Notes under the pieces: model-generated
Told to the model about the DNA's origin: nothing
What the model saw: the letters and a program-made list of their open reading frames with translations, nothing else
Database searches by the model: none
Program-made: the position numbers and the translations under genes
Part shown: piece after piece, positions 18,589 to 28,300 of the stretch
How the letters are laid out: every line of letters begins with the position of its first letter
Position numbering within the stretch: the first letter of the stretch is position 1
NCBI RefSeq assembly: GCF_900232105.1
Contig: NZ_LT934425.1
Coordinates: forward strand, 2,010,001 to 2,042,000
Length of the DNA: 32,000 nt
Reading direction: 5' to 3'
From: Candidatus Kuenenia stuttgartensis
GTDB lineage: Bacteria; Planctomycetota; Brocadiia; Brocadiales; Brocadiaceae

Positions 18589-20805
18589 TTGAAAGAATCA
18601 AATATGAATCGTAATTTTGAAAAAAACGAATGTGGAAACATTATCGCGGCGTTTCTGTTTTTCATCTTTCTTCTTGCAGGCATTTCCGGGACACTTTTTG
18701 CTGCCGGTACGGAAACGGCACATCAGTGGGAAACGCCTCAAAAACCGGTTTCTCAAACATCCAACGGTGGTATTGATACTTCGGTATTAGATATGCATTC
18801 CTCTGAAGTTCTCTGGCTTGAAAGCGAAGGGGTAGCCATTGCCACGAGACATGAAACACCCGTGAGCAAGGCGCCGGGAATTGTTACCGTAATAACGGCT
18901 GAAGAAATCAAACACCTGGGCTACCGCACCTTTGCGGAAATCTTAAGGACCGTGCCTGGATTTGAAATCCTTAAGTTGCCTGATTTTGGCGACGTGGTGC
19001 CGGCTGTGCGTGGCCTTGAGGCCGCAAACAAGGTAAGGCTGATGCTTGATGGACACTTTGTAAACAGTCCCCTGAAGGGGAGTTCCTTTAACGCTTTTGA
19101 TGACTTCCCGGTGCAAAATATAAAGAAGATAGAAATTATTCGAGGGCCTGGATCCGCAGTGTACGGAGAAAATGCATTCCTGGCCGTCATCAATATCATC
19201 ACTAAGGATGCAGGCGATATCGACGGCGCCAGAATAAGCAGCGGCTACGGGAGTTTTAACACATACGAGGAGAATGTTATATTCGGCAAGAAATACGGGA
19301 AGGTTGACATCTCCGGCATGCTTCATTACCGGTCAACGGATGGTTTTAGCGGTACGTTAGAGAGAGACGTGCAGACAACGCTCGATGAAGTTTTTGGCAC
19401 TTCGGCATCAAATACGCCTGGAAATGTGCATGATAAACGGCAGGAATTCGCAATGAATCTCAAAGTTGAGTACGATAACCTGTGGTTTCATGGATGGTAT
19501 AACAATAAAAACAGGGAAACCTTTGTCGGTCCCCAATACGTGTTGAGCAATGATTCCGATATAGAAAACAATTATGTTTTCGGCGAAATAGGATACAAAA
19601 AGATTTTTGACGGGGGACTTACCATAAAGCCAAGAATTTATTATGACCAATTCGATATCAGGCCTGAAATTGAAGCATACCCGGAAGGCTCGGTACTCGC
19701 CTTTGACACAAACAAGGACGGCGTCTACGACACCACGGTATCATTTCCTGATGGTTTTATTGGCATTGGCAGTGAGATTGAAAGGATAGCAGGGGCGGAA
19801 GTGCCCTTTGATTATGAGTTATTTGATAAAAACATCCTCACCGTAGGACTGGAATATCGTTGGGTGAATCAGGGAAACGTCCGCTATCAAAGCAACTTTA
19901 ATCCTGCAACCTACGAAGTCTTTGACGCAGTACAAAATCTTTCAGATACCTACCCGTATCTGAAAGAGGCGACCCGCCGGATATTGTCCGTATATTTACA
20001 GGATACCTGGGACTTGACAGACACCCTGAACTTAACGCTGGGGGTGCGCCATGACCAGTACAGCGATTTTGGCGGGGCAACCAGTCCACGCACCGGCCTG
20101 ACCTGGGCGTTTATGAAAAACGCCTCGCTGAAACTCCTGTACGGAGAGGCATTCCGCGCGCCGGATTTTATGGAAATGTACATCCAAAACAATCCGGCAC
20201 TTCAGGGAAACGAAGACCTCGACCCTGAAATTATCAAGACCTATGAAGCGGGATTGAGTTATAGATTTAACAAATATGTTACGGGCGGTTTAAATTATTT
20301 TTACAACGATATACAGGACTTTATCGTCAAGCGGCCGTTAACTCCCGGCAGCACCACCTTACGTTACGAAAATTATGGAGACGGGCACGTGCATGGAGTC
20401 GAAATGGAAACGAATGTGGATATTGGCGGAGGCAACTACCTGTTTATGAATTATTCGTTTCAGGATCCTAATGATGACAACGGCAACGATTTGCCATACG
20501 TCGCCCGGCACAAGGGCAACTTTGGGGTAAACGTGCGTTACTGGAAATATATAAACACCAACGTAAACACATTTGTCAGTGGAAGGCGGTCGAGGGAGGC
20601 TGATGACGCAAGGGATGACATGCCTTCATATGCATTGCTGAATCTTTCCGTAATTGGCAAGGAATTTTTCAGGACGATGGAAATACAGGGCACGGTGTTT
20701 AACCTGCTCGACAAGGATTACAATGACCCGGGGACTGCATCCATGTCAAGCGACCTTCCCCGTCCCGGGAGGTCGTTTTTTATTGGATTAAGTTATCAAT
20801 TTTAG
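18589..20805 (+). CDS. TonB-dependent outer membrane receptor (plug plus beta-barrel)
   Basis: Signal peptide. Plug motifs APGIVTVITAEEIKHLGYRTFAEILRTVPGFEI and NIKKIEIIRGPGSAVYGENAFLAVINIITK. C-terminal LPRPGRSFFIGLSYQF ends in phenylalanine. Confidence 0.95.
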   Translation: MKESNMNRNFEKNECGNIIAAFLFFIFLLAGISGTLFAAGTETAHQWETPQKPVSQTSNGGIDTSVLDMHSSEVLWLESEGVAIATRHETPVSKAPGIVTVITAEEIKHLGYRTFAEILRTVPGFEILKLPDFGDVVPAVRGLEAANKVRLMLDGHFVNSPLKGSSFNAFDDFPVQNIKKIEIIRGPGSAVYGENAFLAVINIITKDAGDIDGARISSGYGSFNTYEENVIFGKKYGKVDISGMLHYRSTDGFSGTLERDVQTTLDEVFGTSASNTPGNVHDKRQEFAMNLKVEYDNLWFHGWYNNKNRETFVGPQYVLSNDSDIENNYVFGEIGYKKIFDGGLTIKPRIYYDQFDIRPEIEAYPEGSVLAFDTNKDGVYDTTVSFPDGFIGIGSEIERIAGAEVPFDYELFDKNILTVGLEYRWVNQGNVRYQSNFNPATYEVFDAVQNLSDTYPYLKEATRRILSVYLQDTWDLTDTLNLTLGVRHDQYSDFGGATSPRTGLTWAFMKNASLKLLYGEAFRAPDFMEMYIQNNPALQGNEDLDPEIIKTYEAGLSYRFNKYVTGGLNYFYNDIQDFIVKRPLTPGSTTLRYENYGDGHVHGVEMETNVDIGGGNYLFMNYSFQDPNDDNGNDLPYVARHKGNFGVNVRYWKYINTNVNTFVSGRRSREADDARDDMPSYALLNLSVIGKEFFRTMEIQGTVFNLLDKDYNDPGTASMSSDLPRPGRSFFIGLSYQF

Positions 20806-20819
20806 CTCCAGGGAACCGG

Positions 20820-21845
20820 ATGGGTATGCATACACAGGGACAGGAATTGGTTCACGCCGCATCGCACCTTTCAATCGCCTTTATTGGCAACATTTCAAAG
20901 CAGATAGCACCCGTTTTCGTTTTTTTTCTGGCATTGTTTGCTGCCGTAATGTTAGGGGCTATTCCAAATGCAAATGGGAGCGGATACCGCGCCGTTATCG
21001 TGAAAAGCCTGGATATTCCGGCATATAATGACGTTGCCAAAGGTTTTAAAAAGCAGTGCCGTCATTACGGTATATCTCTCATGGCAACGTACGATTTAAA
21101 AGGAGACATTGAAGAAGGAAAACGGGACATCCAAATTATACAGGAACTCAAACCTGAGCCGGATATCATCATCACCATAGGAGTCCTTGCAACAACGCTC
21201 GCAAGAAAACACATCAGCAATATACCCCTGCTGTTTTGCGCCGTTATTAATCATGAACTGCTGGATTTGAGCGGCGAAAATATCTACGGCATCTCTTCCA
21301 GCGTGCCTTTCGAAGAACAATTTGCTGTAGTGAATAAGATGTTTCAGTCGCAAAAAACGATCGGGATAATATATGACCCGGCAAAAACCGAAAAGATTGT
21401 GTCAGAACTAACGTCTTTAGACGGCAGGCACGGCTACAAGTTTATTACCAGAAAGGTTACTTCCGGAAATGCCATCAAACCCGCGCTTGACGATTTCCGT
21501 AAGAAAATTGACGTTTTGTGGGTAGTGCCGGACGATACCGTGATTTCAAAGGAGTCAATCGGCATATTTCAGGATGCGGTAACGGAAAACCGCCTGCCCA
21601 TATTTTGTACTTCGAGTGCGCTTGTCAGGACCGGTGCGCTGGTCTCTATCTCCCCGGATTATTATTCGATGGGTGAACAGGCGGCAAAAATGGCGCAGGA
21701 GTTATTGCATGACCCCTCACAAAATTCGCCGCGCTGTATGAAACCGGAAAAATTGACAATCACGATCAATGCCAGGACAGCGGAAATGCTGAAAATAGAT
21801 ATATCGCAGTTTTTTTCATTACCCGACGTGGTGATATACAAGTAA
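20820..21845 (+). CDS. ABC_sub_bind-type (PF04392-like) periplasmic substrate-binding protein
   Basis: ELKPEPDIIITIGVLATTLARKHISNIPLLFCAVINHELL...IGIIYDPAKTEKIVSEL...RLPIFCTSSALVRTGALVSISPDYYSMGEQAAKMAQELL matches the architecture of this family. Confidence 0.85.
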   Translation: MGMHTQGQELVHAASHLSIAFIGNISKQIAPVFVFFLALFAAVMLGAIPNANGSGYRAVIVKSLDIPAYNDVAKGFKKQCRHYGISLMATYDLKGDIEEGKRDIQIIQELKPEPDIIITIGVLATTLARKHISNIPLLFCAVINHELLDLSGENIYGISSSVPFEEQFAVVNKMFQSQKTIGIIYDPAKTEKIVSELTSLDGRHGYKFITRKVTSGNAIKPALDDFRKKIDVLWVVPDDTVISKESIGIFQDAVTENRLPIFCTSSALVRTGALVSISPDYYSMGEQAAKMAQELLHDPSQNSPRCMKPEKLTITINARTAEMLKIDISQFFSLPDVVIYK

Positions 21846-21942
21846 TCTAAAAATGAGTAACACTTTGGTTTTTAAAAAAAGCGTATTACCGATAAGCTCC
21901 GTAGTAGCAACCTGTTTGTAGATAGGATATCATAACAGATCG

Positions 21943-21969
21943 TAGAGACAGGTTTGAAACCTGTCTCTA
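21943..21969. repeat. Near-perfect palindrome, 13-bp arms, 1-nt spacer
   Basis: TAGAGACAGGTTT-G-AAACCTGTCTCTA. Confidence 0.85.
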
Positions 21970-21973
21970 TAAT

Positions 21974-22018
21974 CAGGAGCGGCCTGTCTTCCTGTCAATC
22001 ATATACAGGCCGCTCCTG
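21974..22018. repeat. 14-bp perfect inverted repeat with 17-nt loop
   Basis: CAGGAGCGGCCTGT (21974-21987) / ACAGGCCGCTCCTG (22005-22018). Confidence 0.85.
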
Positions 22019-22253
22019 CGGAGCTATTTACCTGTTGAATTTTATTGTGCTACAAACAGACCGCCTCTAAAGGGGCTACATTGTTTTTTATGTCCCCTTG
22101 GATTTTTCAAATAACTAAGGTGCTATGAATTATTTGATCAAAAACAACCCCCCCCTTTTTTCCCCTTTATTAAGGGGGACTTTTGCGGCCGTTTGCTTAA
22201 CTTAATGACATTGGTTTGCAACCTGAACCCGCCGGGAATGTTTGCCGCACGGT

Positions 22254-22324
22254 ATAGGGGCGAAGTATTTGCTATAACTGGTATAATGCGTTCATGCCCA
22301 AACACGCAAATGCTTCGCCCCTAC
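22254..22324 (-). repeat. Dispersed palindromic element, copy B
   Basis: ATAGGGGCGAAGTATTTGC (22254-22272) / GCAAATGCTTCGCCCCTAC (22306-22324), 17/19 paired. The loop is the reverse complement of the copy A/C loop type. Confidence 0.88.
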
Positions 22325-22379
22325 GGTTTCAAAATATTAAAGTGTTACTGATTTTTCAAAAAACTAAATTGTTACAAAA

Positions 22380-24869
22380 ATGAGCATTCGGATAAAACTC
22401 ATCTTATTTATAAGCGGAATCATCATTATCATTGATGCCCTCAGTTGCATGTCATTCTTTTTTTACTCAAAAAAGAGATACCGCGTGGAACTGAGGTATT
22501 TTGGAGAGACACTGGTTAATTTGTTTAGCAGGGATAATGAAATACGATATGCCCTGGAATATGAACAGCCATTGCTCTTTGCGTCACCGGTAAGAAGGAT
22601 AAAGGAATTTGACAGGGAAAACGTCGTGTGCTACATCAGCATTTCAAATGACAGGGAAAAGCTCTTTGAAGACAAAGCGACGTGGCTGGATATTGAAACA
22701 AACGAAATCCCCGGGAGGAACCATCAGGACGATACCTCTGATACAGACTACAGGGTAATCACCGTATCCGGGAAAAGATTCTATGAATATTTTACCCCTA
22801 TCCGCGAAAGGCAGGTATTTTCAGGCGAGGGCCTTGCGGAGCAGATACTAAGCGAAGAATCGGTCAACAGGAAAAATATGCCGAAAGGGTTCGTGCAGGT
22901 GCTGTTATCCACCCACAGGTTAGATGAAAAAATACGCAGTGTTATCATATACAGCATTATGCCGGTAGGTATCGGCATTGTTTTTGGAGGTCTCGGCATT
23001 ATGCTGCTTTTGACAAAATATATCGTGTCTCCTTTGCAGCATCTGACGAATGTTACCCTGGAGATAGCCGGAGGAAATCTTGACCGTAAGGTACACGCTT
23101 CCCATAATGATGAAATAGGGCAATTGTGCGATAATTTCAATCAGATGACTGATGCACTGAGAAACTCACACAACCATCTAACCGCCGAAATCGCCGATCA
23201 TAAACGGGCAAAGGAACAGCTTCTGAAATTGTCCCAGGCCGTGGAACAGAGTTTCACGGCAATTGTCATTACCGATGTTGCCTGCGCTATAGAGCATGTT
23301 AATCCCAAGTTTACGGAGGTCACAGGCTATGCACGGGAAGAAGCCCTGGGGAATAAATTATTTGACCTGCTCTTATTCAATATGTCCGACGAAAGACACG
23401 AAAATATTATTACAATGGTGCTTTCCGGTGAAATATGGCGAAAGGAATTGGTTAATAGCAGAAAAGATGGTGAACAATTTTTTGCACAGGTAACCATTTC
23501 TGCAGTGCGGGGCGATGACGGATACATTATAAACTTTATCGGAGTCATAGAGGATATTACCGAAAGAAAGAAGTTTGAGGAGATGCTGGTCGTCATGGCG
23601 GAACACGACCCCCTTACCAACCTCTTTAATCGGCGCCGGTTTCAGGTGGAACTGGAATATTGGCTTGGATACAGCAAACGATACAACACGGGTGGGGCGT
23701 TGTTGTTTCTTGATATTGATAATTTTAAATATATTAATGATACGCTTGGCCATAAGGTGGGCGATGAAATACTGGTCGAGTTTGCAATACTCTTAAAAGA
23801 ACGTGTACGCCCGAACGACATAATTGCCAGGCTTGGCGGCGATGAATTTGCCGTTATTTTGCCCAATACAAACGTTGATCACGCCCGGTCTTTTGCAGAA
23901 CAAATAACACAGTCAGCGCAGAAACATTTCCGGGTGTTGAATGAACGCGGACATAATATTACAACAAGCCTGGGGATAGCGCTTTTCCCCGATCACAGCC
24001 TTGAAGCTGATGCGCTCCTTGCCTGCGCGGATATGGCCATGTATGGCGCAAAAGAGGCGGGCAAGAACCAGTGCTGCATATTTTCCCTTGAACAGAAACA
24101 GAATATCGAATCCAGGTTTTTGTGGGACAAGCGAATTCGTAGTGCTTTGGGAAAAGATGATTTTGAAATATACCTACAACCTATAGTAGATTTGCGGAGT
24201 AACGCTGTATTCGGCTACGAAGCATTGTTGCGAATGGTCGGCGAGAATGGAGAATTGATACCACCTGCCGAATTTCTCCCCTATGCCGAGAGACACGGCT
24301 CCATTCTTGATATTGATCGCTGGGTAGTGCGCAACGCCTTCCGGCTTTTTGTCAGATATAATATGCAGGAGAAAAAAGCAGTGCTCGAAATCAACCTCTC
24401 CGGTAAGGCAATTACCGATTCGGGAATGCTTTCTTTTATTAAAGAGGAGTTGTCCGCATCGCAGGCGGATGCGAGATACATAACATTTGAGGTTACGGAA
24501 AGCGCCGTCGTGGAAAATATAGAGTACGCCCGGTACTTTATGAATGACCTTTGCAACCAGGGTTTCCGGTTTGCGCTTGATGATTTTGGAATCGGATTTT
24601 GTTCGTTTACTTACCTCAAGCATCTTCCGGTAGATTTTCTGAAGATTGACGGAGGTTTTATTCGCAACCTGCCAGACAATCCGACAGATCAATGTTTTGT
24701 AAAGGCAATTGCTGATATCGGAAACGGACTGGAGAAAAAAATTATAGCTGAATTTGTAGAAAACAAACAGACCATTTCCTTGCTTAAGGAGATTGGAGTT
24801 GTCTACGGGCAGGGACACTTTTTCAGCAAGGCACTTTCCGCCTCTGAAATTTTTAAAACCTCCTCCTAA
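22380..24869 (+). CDS. Membrane-associated HAMP-PAS-GGDEF-EAL protein (diguanylate cyclase/phosphodiesterase)
   Basis: N-terminal and mid transmembrane segments. HAMP region YIVSPLQHLTNVTLEIAGGNLDRKV. PAS region VITDVACAIEHVNPKFTEVTGYAREEALG. GGDEF motif RLGGDEFAVIL. EAL motif YEALLRM. Confidence 0.96.
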   Translation: MSIRIKLILFISGIIIIIDALSCMSFFFYSKKRYRVELRYFGETLVNLFSRDNEIRYALEYEQPLLFASPVRRIKEFDRENVVCYISISNDREKLFEDKATWLDIETNEIPGRNHQDDTSDTDYRVITVSGKRFYEYFTPIRERQVFSGEGLAEQILSEESVNRKNMPKGFVQVLLSTHRLDEKIRSVIIYSIMPVGIGIVFGGLGIMLLLTKYIVSPLQHLTNVTLEIAGGNLDRKVHASHNDEIGQLCDNFNQMTDALRNSHNHLTAEIADHKRAKEQLLKLSQAVEQSFTAIVITDVACAIEHVNPKFTEVTGYAREEALGNKLFDLLLFNMSDERHENIITMVLSGEIWRKELVNSRKDGEQFFAQVTISAVRGDDGYIINFIGVIEDITERKKFEEMLVVMAEHDPLTNLFNRRRFQVELEYWLGYSKRYNTGGALLFLDIDNFKYINDTLGHKVGDEILVEFAILLKERVRPNDIIARLGGDEFAVILPNTNVDHARSFAEQITQSAQKHFRVLNERGHNITTSLGIALFPDHSLEADALLACADMAMYGAKEAGKNQCCIFSLEQKQNIESRFLWDKRIRSALGKDDFEIYLQPIVDLRSNAVFGYEALLRMVGENGELIPPAEFLPYAERHGSILDIDRWVVRNAFRLFVRYNMQEKKAVLEINLSGKAITDSGMLSFIKEELSASQADARYITFEVTESAVVENIEYARYFMNDLCNQGFRFALDDFGIGFCSFTYLKHLPVDFLKIDGGFIRNLPDNPTDQCFVKAIADIGNGLEKKIIAEFVENKQTISLLKEIGVVYGQGHFFSKALSASEIFKTSS

Positions 24870-24915
24870 CCCACACACTGGGGGGGGAAATGTTAAACTG
24901 GTACATTTGGGAGCT

Positions 24916-24945
24916 CGTAGAGACATGACATGCCATGTCTCTACG
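24916..24945. repeat. 12-bp perfect palindrome with 6-nt loop
   Basis: CGTAGAGACATG-ACATGC-CATGTCTCTACG, directly 5' of the 24950-25072 repeat. Confidence 0.85.
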
Positions 24946-24949
24946 GGCT

Positions 24950-25072
24950 GCAACCAAATTCGAAATACGAATATCGAAATACGAAACAAATTCAAATGAC
25001 CAAAAACCCAATGCTCCAAACTTCCGGTGTTGTTTCATTGGGATTTTGTATTTTGGAATTTGTCTCGTATTT
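24950..25072. repeat. Dispersed repeat, copy 2, able to form a long imperfect hairpin
   Basis: AAATACGAAACAAATTC (24977-24993) pairs with GAATTTGTCTCGTATTT (25056-25072) at 16/17. CAAAAACCCAATG pairs with CATTGGGATTTTG at 12/13. Confidence 0.8.
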
Positions 25073-25120
25073 CGTGCTTCGTGTTTAGTATTTTTTATCC
25101 ACAATCATGGTATTGTTATT

Positions 25121-25525
25121 ATGGAAAATTCGCAAAAACAGCCAAATAAATCTTCACCTGTAAAAAAACAACTTATTATTATCTTTTTTCTTACAACGGC
25201 TTTATTTGCCGGAATTGCAATAAAGGCAGGAAGAGATTACCATTGGTGGTTGCCGGAAACGGAAATCGTAAGCGTTCTTACCCCCGAAGACATAAAAACA
25301 AAAATCGATATTAATGAGTCCCCCTGGTATGAATTGTTATTATTGCCAAAAGTAGGAGAGGCAAAGGCAAAAGCAATTGTTGCCTATCGCGAAAAATATG
25401 GCAGATTTGAAAGCCTGGATGAATTGAGCCGCATCGACGGCATAGGAAAGAAGATAATAGCGTTATTAAAAGATTGCGCGATAGCAGGTACCGGCAGTGC
25501 GCATGTATCAGACAATCATGAATGA
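25121..25525 (+). CDS. ComEA-like helix-hairpin-helix protein with one transmembrane segment
   Basis: MENSQKQPNKSSPVKKQLIIIFFLTTALFAG...KIDINESPWYELLLLPKVGEAKAKAIVAYREKYGRFESLDELSRIDGIGKKIIALLKDC. Start at 25121 is preferred, since the upstream part of the ORF is repeat-derived. Confidence 0.85.
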   Translation: MENSQKQPNKSSPVKKQLIIIFFLTTALFAGIAIKAGRDYHWWLPETEIVSVLTPEDIKTKIDINESPWYELLLLPKVGEAKAKAIVAYREKYGRFESLDELSRIDGIGKKIIALLKDCAIAGTGSAHVSDNHE

Positions 25526-25596
25526 AATAACAACTAACGAAAATAGCCGTAAAGGAACCGGAATATCTGTTTTCAGACTAAACGATAGGAAAGTAT

Positions 25597-27570
25597 GTGT
25601 TTATGTATGATTTTGAATTAATCTCCCCCTTCGAACCCGAAGGCGACCAGCCGGAGGCAATCCGCAAACTGGTGGAAAATTACAGGAAAAACGTCACATT
25701 TCAAACATTGCTTGGTGTTACAGGATCGGGCAAGACATTTACTATGGCAAATGTCATTGCTGCATTAGGAAAACCGACACTGGTTATGACTCACAATAAA
25801 ACCCTTGCAGCGCAGCTTTACAGCGAATTTAAAGATTTTTTCCCTAAGAATGCGGTGGGGTACTTCGTGAGTTATTACGATTATTATCAACCCGAGGCAT
25901 ATATTCCGCAGCGTGATATTTATATTGAAAAAGAGGCAACGATTAACCAGGAAATTGACCGGTTACGATTGGCGGCGACCAGTGTCCTTATGTCGCGCAA
26001 AGACGTAATTATTGTCGCAAGCGTTTCCTGTATATATGGTCTTGGATCCCCGGCAGAATATCAGGAAATGTATCTGCATCTCAGCAAGGGCGATGAAGTA
26101 GAACGGGACACTGTTTTGAAAAAACTTATCAGTATTCAATACGAACGGAATGACAGCCATTTTAGACGCGGAACATTCCGGGTACGGGGGGATGTTATCG
26201 AAGTGTTTCCCGCCTACGAAGAGTTTGCGTACCGGGTGGAATTGTTCGGGGATGAGGTGGATAAGATTTCCATGATAGACCCTTTAACTGGCAATACATT
26301 GCAAAAAATAAAAGAGGTTTCTGTTTATCCTGCAAAGCATTTTGTCATGCCGGAAGAGAAAATAGAACGTGTTGTCCAATCAATTACCGCTGAATTAAAT
26401 GACCGCCTTAAGGACCTTCGTTCCCGTGATAAGTTGTTGGAGGCGCAGCGTCTGGAAGCGCGGACGCGGTATGATATTGAAATGCTTCTGGAAATAGGGT
26501 ATTGCCATGGCATTGAAAATTATTCAAGGCACATAAGCGGACGAGCGCCGGGAGAGCCGCCTTATACGCTGTTTGATTATTTCCCGAAAGATTTTTTCCT
26601 CATCGTTGACGAGTCCCATGTTTCAACGCCTCAAATTGCCGGCATGTATCATGGGGACAGGGCGCGTAAAGAAACGCTGGTTGAATATGGCTTCCGGTTG
26701 CCATCCGCCCTTGATAACCGTCCGCTGAGGTTTGATGAGTGGGAATCAAGGATTAAGCAGATACTTTTTGTTTCAGCAACCCCCGGCCCTTACGAACTGA
26801 AAAAATCTCAAAACAATATCGTGGAACAGATTATTCGCCCTACCGGCCTTGTGGATCCGATAATTTACGTAAAACCTGCAAAAACACAGGTCAATGATTT
26901 GATAACGGAAATTAAAAAAAGAACTTTGAGAAAAGAACGGACGCTTGTCACCACATTGACAAAACGGCTGGCGGAGGACTTAAGCGGGTATTTAAAGGAA
27001 GAGGGGATTAAGTGTATGTATCTGCACTCCGAGATTAATGCCATAGAAAGAGTCACTATTCTCAGGGAGTTGAGAATGGGGACGTTTGATGTATTAATTG
27101 GCGTCAATTTGTTACGGGAAGGATTAGACTTACCCGAGGTTTCTTTGGTGGCTATTCTTGATGCGGACAAGGAAGGTTTTCTCCGTTCGGAAACCTCCCT
27201 TATACAAACCATTGGCAGGACAGCCCGGAATGTCAACGCTGAGGTGATATTGTATGGGGATGAAATAACAAAATCCATGCGGCGGGCAATTGACGAAACC
27301 AACCGGCGCCGGGCAATTCAAAGCGCATATAATAAGGAACATAACATTACTCCCGCTACAATACAAAAGGAAATCAAAAAGGGGATAGAGTCCGATATTT
27401 CTTCGCATAAGATAGTCTATGAAGCCGTTGCGGAAAGCGAAGAAGAATACATTACCCAGGAGTACCTTAACGAATTGGAAGCCGAAATGCTGAAAGCCGC
27501 CGAGGAATTGGCGTTTGAGAGGGCGGCGGAATTAAGAGACAAGATACAACAGCTTAAAAAAAGTGTGTAG
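25597..27570 (+). CDS. uvrB: UvrABC system protein B
   Basis: [102 protein letters not shown]-type region, C-terminal UVR motif. Start GTG 25597 or ATG 25603. Confidence 0.98.
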   Translation: MFMYDFELISPFEPEGDQPEAIRKLVENYRKNVTFQTLLGVTGSGKTFTMANVIAALGKPTLVMTHNKTLAAQLYSEFKDFFPKNAVGYFVSYYDYYQPEAYIPQRDIYIEKEATINQEIDRLRLAATSVLMSRKDVIIVASVSCIYGLGSPAEYQEMYLHLSKGDEVERDTVLKKLISIQYERNDSHFRRGTFRVRGDVIEVFPAYEEFAYRVELFGDEVDKISMIDPLTGNTLQKIKEVSVYPAKHFVMPEEKIERVVQSITAELNDRLKDLRSRDKLLEAQRLEARTRYDIEMLLEIGYCHGIENYSRHISGRAPGEPPYTLFDYFPKDFFLIVDESHVSTPQIAGMYHGDRARKETLVEYGFRLPSALDNRPLRFDEWESRIKQILFVSATPGPYELKKSQNNIVEQIIRPTGLVDPIIYVKPAKTQVNDLITEIKKRTLRKERTLVTTLTKRLAEDLSGYLKEEGIKCMYLHSEINAIERVTILRELRMGTFDVLIGVNLLREGLDLPEVSLVAILDADKEGFLRSETSLIQTIGRTARNVNAEVILYGDEITKSMRRAIDETNRRRAIQSAYNKEHNITPATIQKEIKKGIESDISSHKIVYEAVAESEEEYITQEYLNELEAEMLKAAEELAFERAAELRDKIQQLKKSV

Positions 27571-27606
27571 TAAAGATCAAACGGCATTTTATCGTAATTT
27601 GATAAC

Positions 27607-27678
27607 GTAGGGGCAAAGCATTTGCCGGTTTAGGCATGAGCGCATGTCTGCCGGTTATCGCAAATGCTTCGCCCCTAC
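27607..27678 (+). repeat. Dispersed palindromic element, copy C
   Basis: GTAGGGGCAAAGCATTTGC (27607-27625) / GCAAATGCTTCGCCCCTAC (27660-27678), 18/19 paired. Confidence 0.9.
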
Positions 27679-27747
27679 ATTTTGTTTCCAGACGTAAGCC
27701 AGTGGCTTTAGTCTGATTGAGTATATATGCTTTAAAATCCCAATCTC

Positions 27748-28209
27748 TTATCCAGTTTTAAAGGATGAAATTGTTTTCCCTGTGCGTGAAATGTCCGTAA
27801 TGATCTTTTCAATATTTCCACACGGTAAGGCATAGGCGATAAATATTTCATCCGCCAGTTCTGCCATTAAGTGGTTCCTCTGGTTGGCCGTTTCTCTGGT
27901 AACTCGTTTAACCTTTTCATCAAATGGTGTAGCGATCAACAGTCTGTTTTTATCCAGGGCATCCTTTAATTCGGGCTCTAGTCTCTTTTTAAGACCTCTT
28001 GCCAGTGCAAGGATGATGGGCTGTGCGCCTTTGAGCAGGTAATGCAACACATCTTTCTCTATTTTGGAATGAAAACCTGATATGACACAAACGCCTTTTT
28101 CCCTTTGTGCAATTGCCCAGTCATACGATTTGAGGATGATATCAGCCGGGCATTTGCGGGAACATAAGAAGGCGATTTTGTGGTCTTTAAGTATCTGCTT
28201 ATTCCCCAT
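27748..28209 (-). CDS. DprA/Smf-like (SLOG superfamily) Rossmann protein
   Basis: HKIAFLCSRKCPADIILKSYDWAIAQREKGVCVISGFHSKIEKDVLHYLLKGAQPIILALARGL...ELADEIFIAYALPCGNIEKI resembles DNA-processing protein A-type folds. Start at 28209, since the ORF upstream reads through palindrome copy D. Confidence 0.7.
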   Translation of the reverse strand: MGNKQILKDHKIAFLCSRKCPADIILKSYDWAIAQREKGVCVISGFHSKIEKDVLHYLLKGAQPIILALARGLKKRLEPELKDALDKNRLLIATPFDEKVKRVTRETANQRNHLMAELADEIFIAYALPCGNIEKIITDISRTGKTISSFKTG

Positions 28210-28230
28210 ATAATTTATATTGTTTTGTGA

Positions 28231-28300
28231 TAGGGGCGAAGCATTTTCCATGACAATGCCCGGAAGCGGTTTAATGGGCAAGGAAAATGCTTTGCCCCTA
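28231..28300 (-). repeat. Dispersed palindromic element, copy D (variant arm GGAAAATGC)
   Basis: TAGGGGCGAAGCATTTTCC (28231-28249) / GGAAAATGCTTTGCCCCTA (28282-28300), 18/19 paired. Confidence 0.85.

Noticed and set aside
24174-25019. 281-aa minus-strand ORF
   Set aside because: Mostly antisense to the GGDEF-EAL gene; the remainder is repeat sequence.
24853-25104. Minus-strand ORF HEARNTRQIPKYK...SFEFVSYFDIRISNL
   Set aside because: Its sequence is the translation of the dispersed repeat at 24916-25072, a kind of spurious ORF often seen in databases.
26865-27302. 145-aa minus-strand ORF
   Set aside because: Antisense to uvrB and without domain features.
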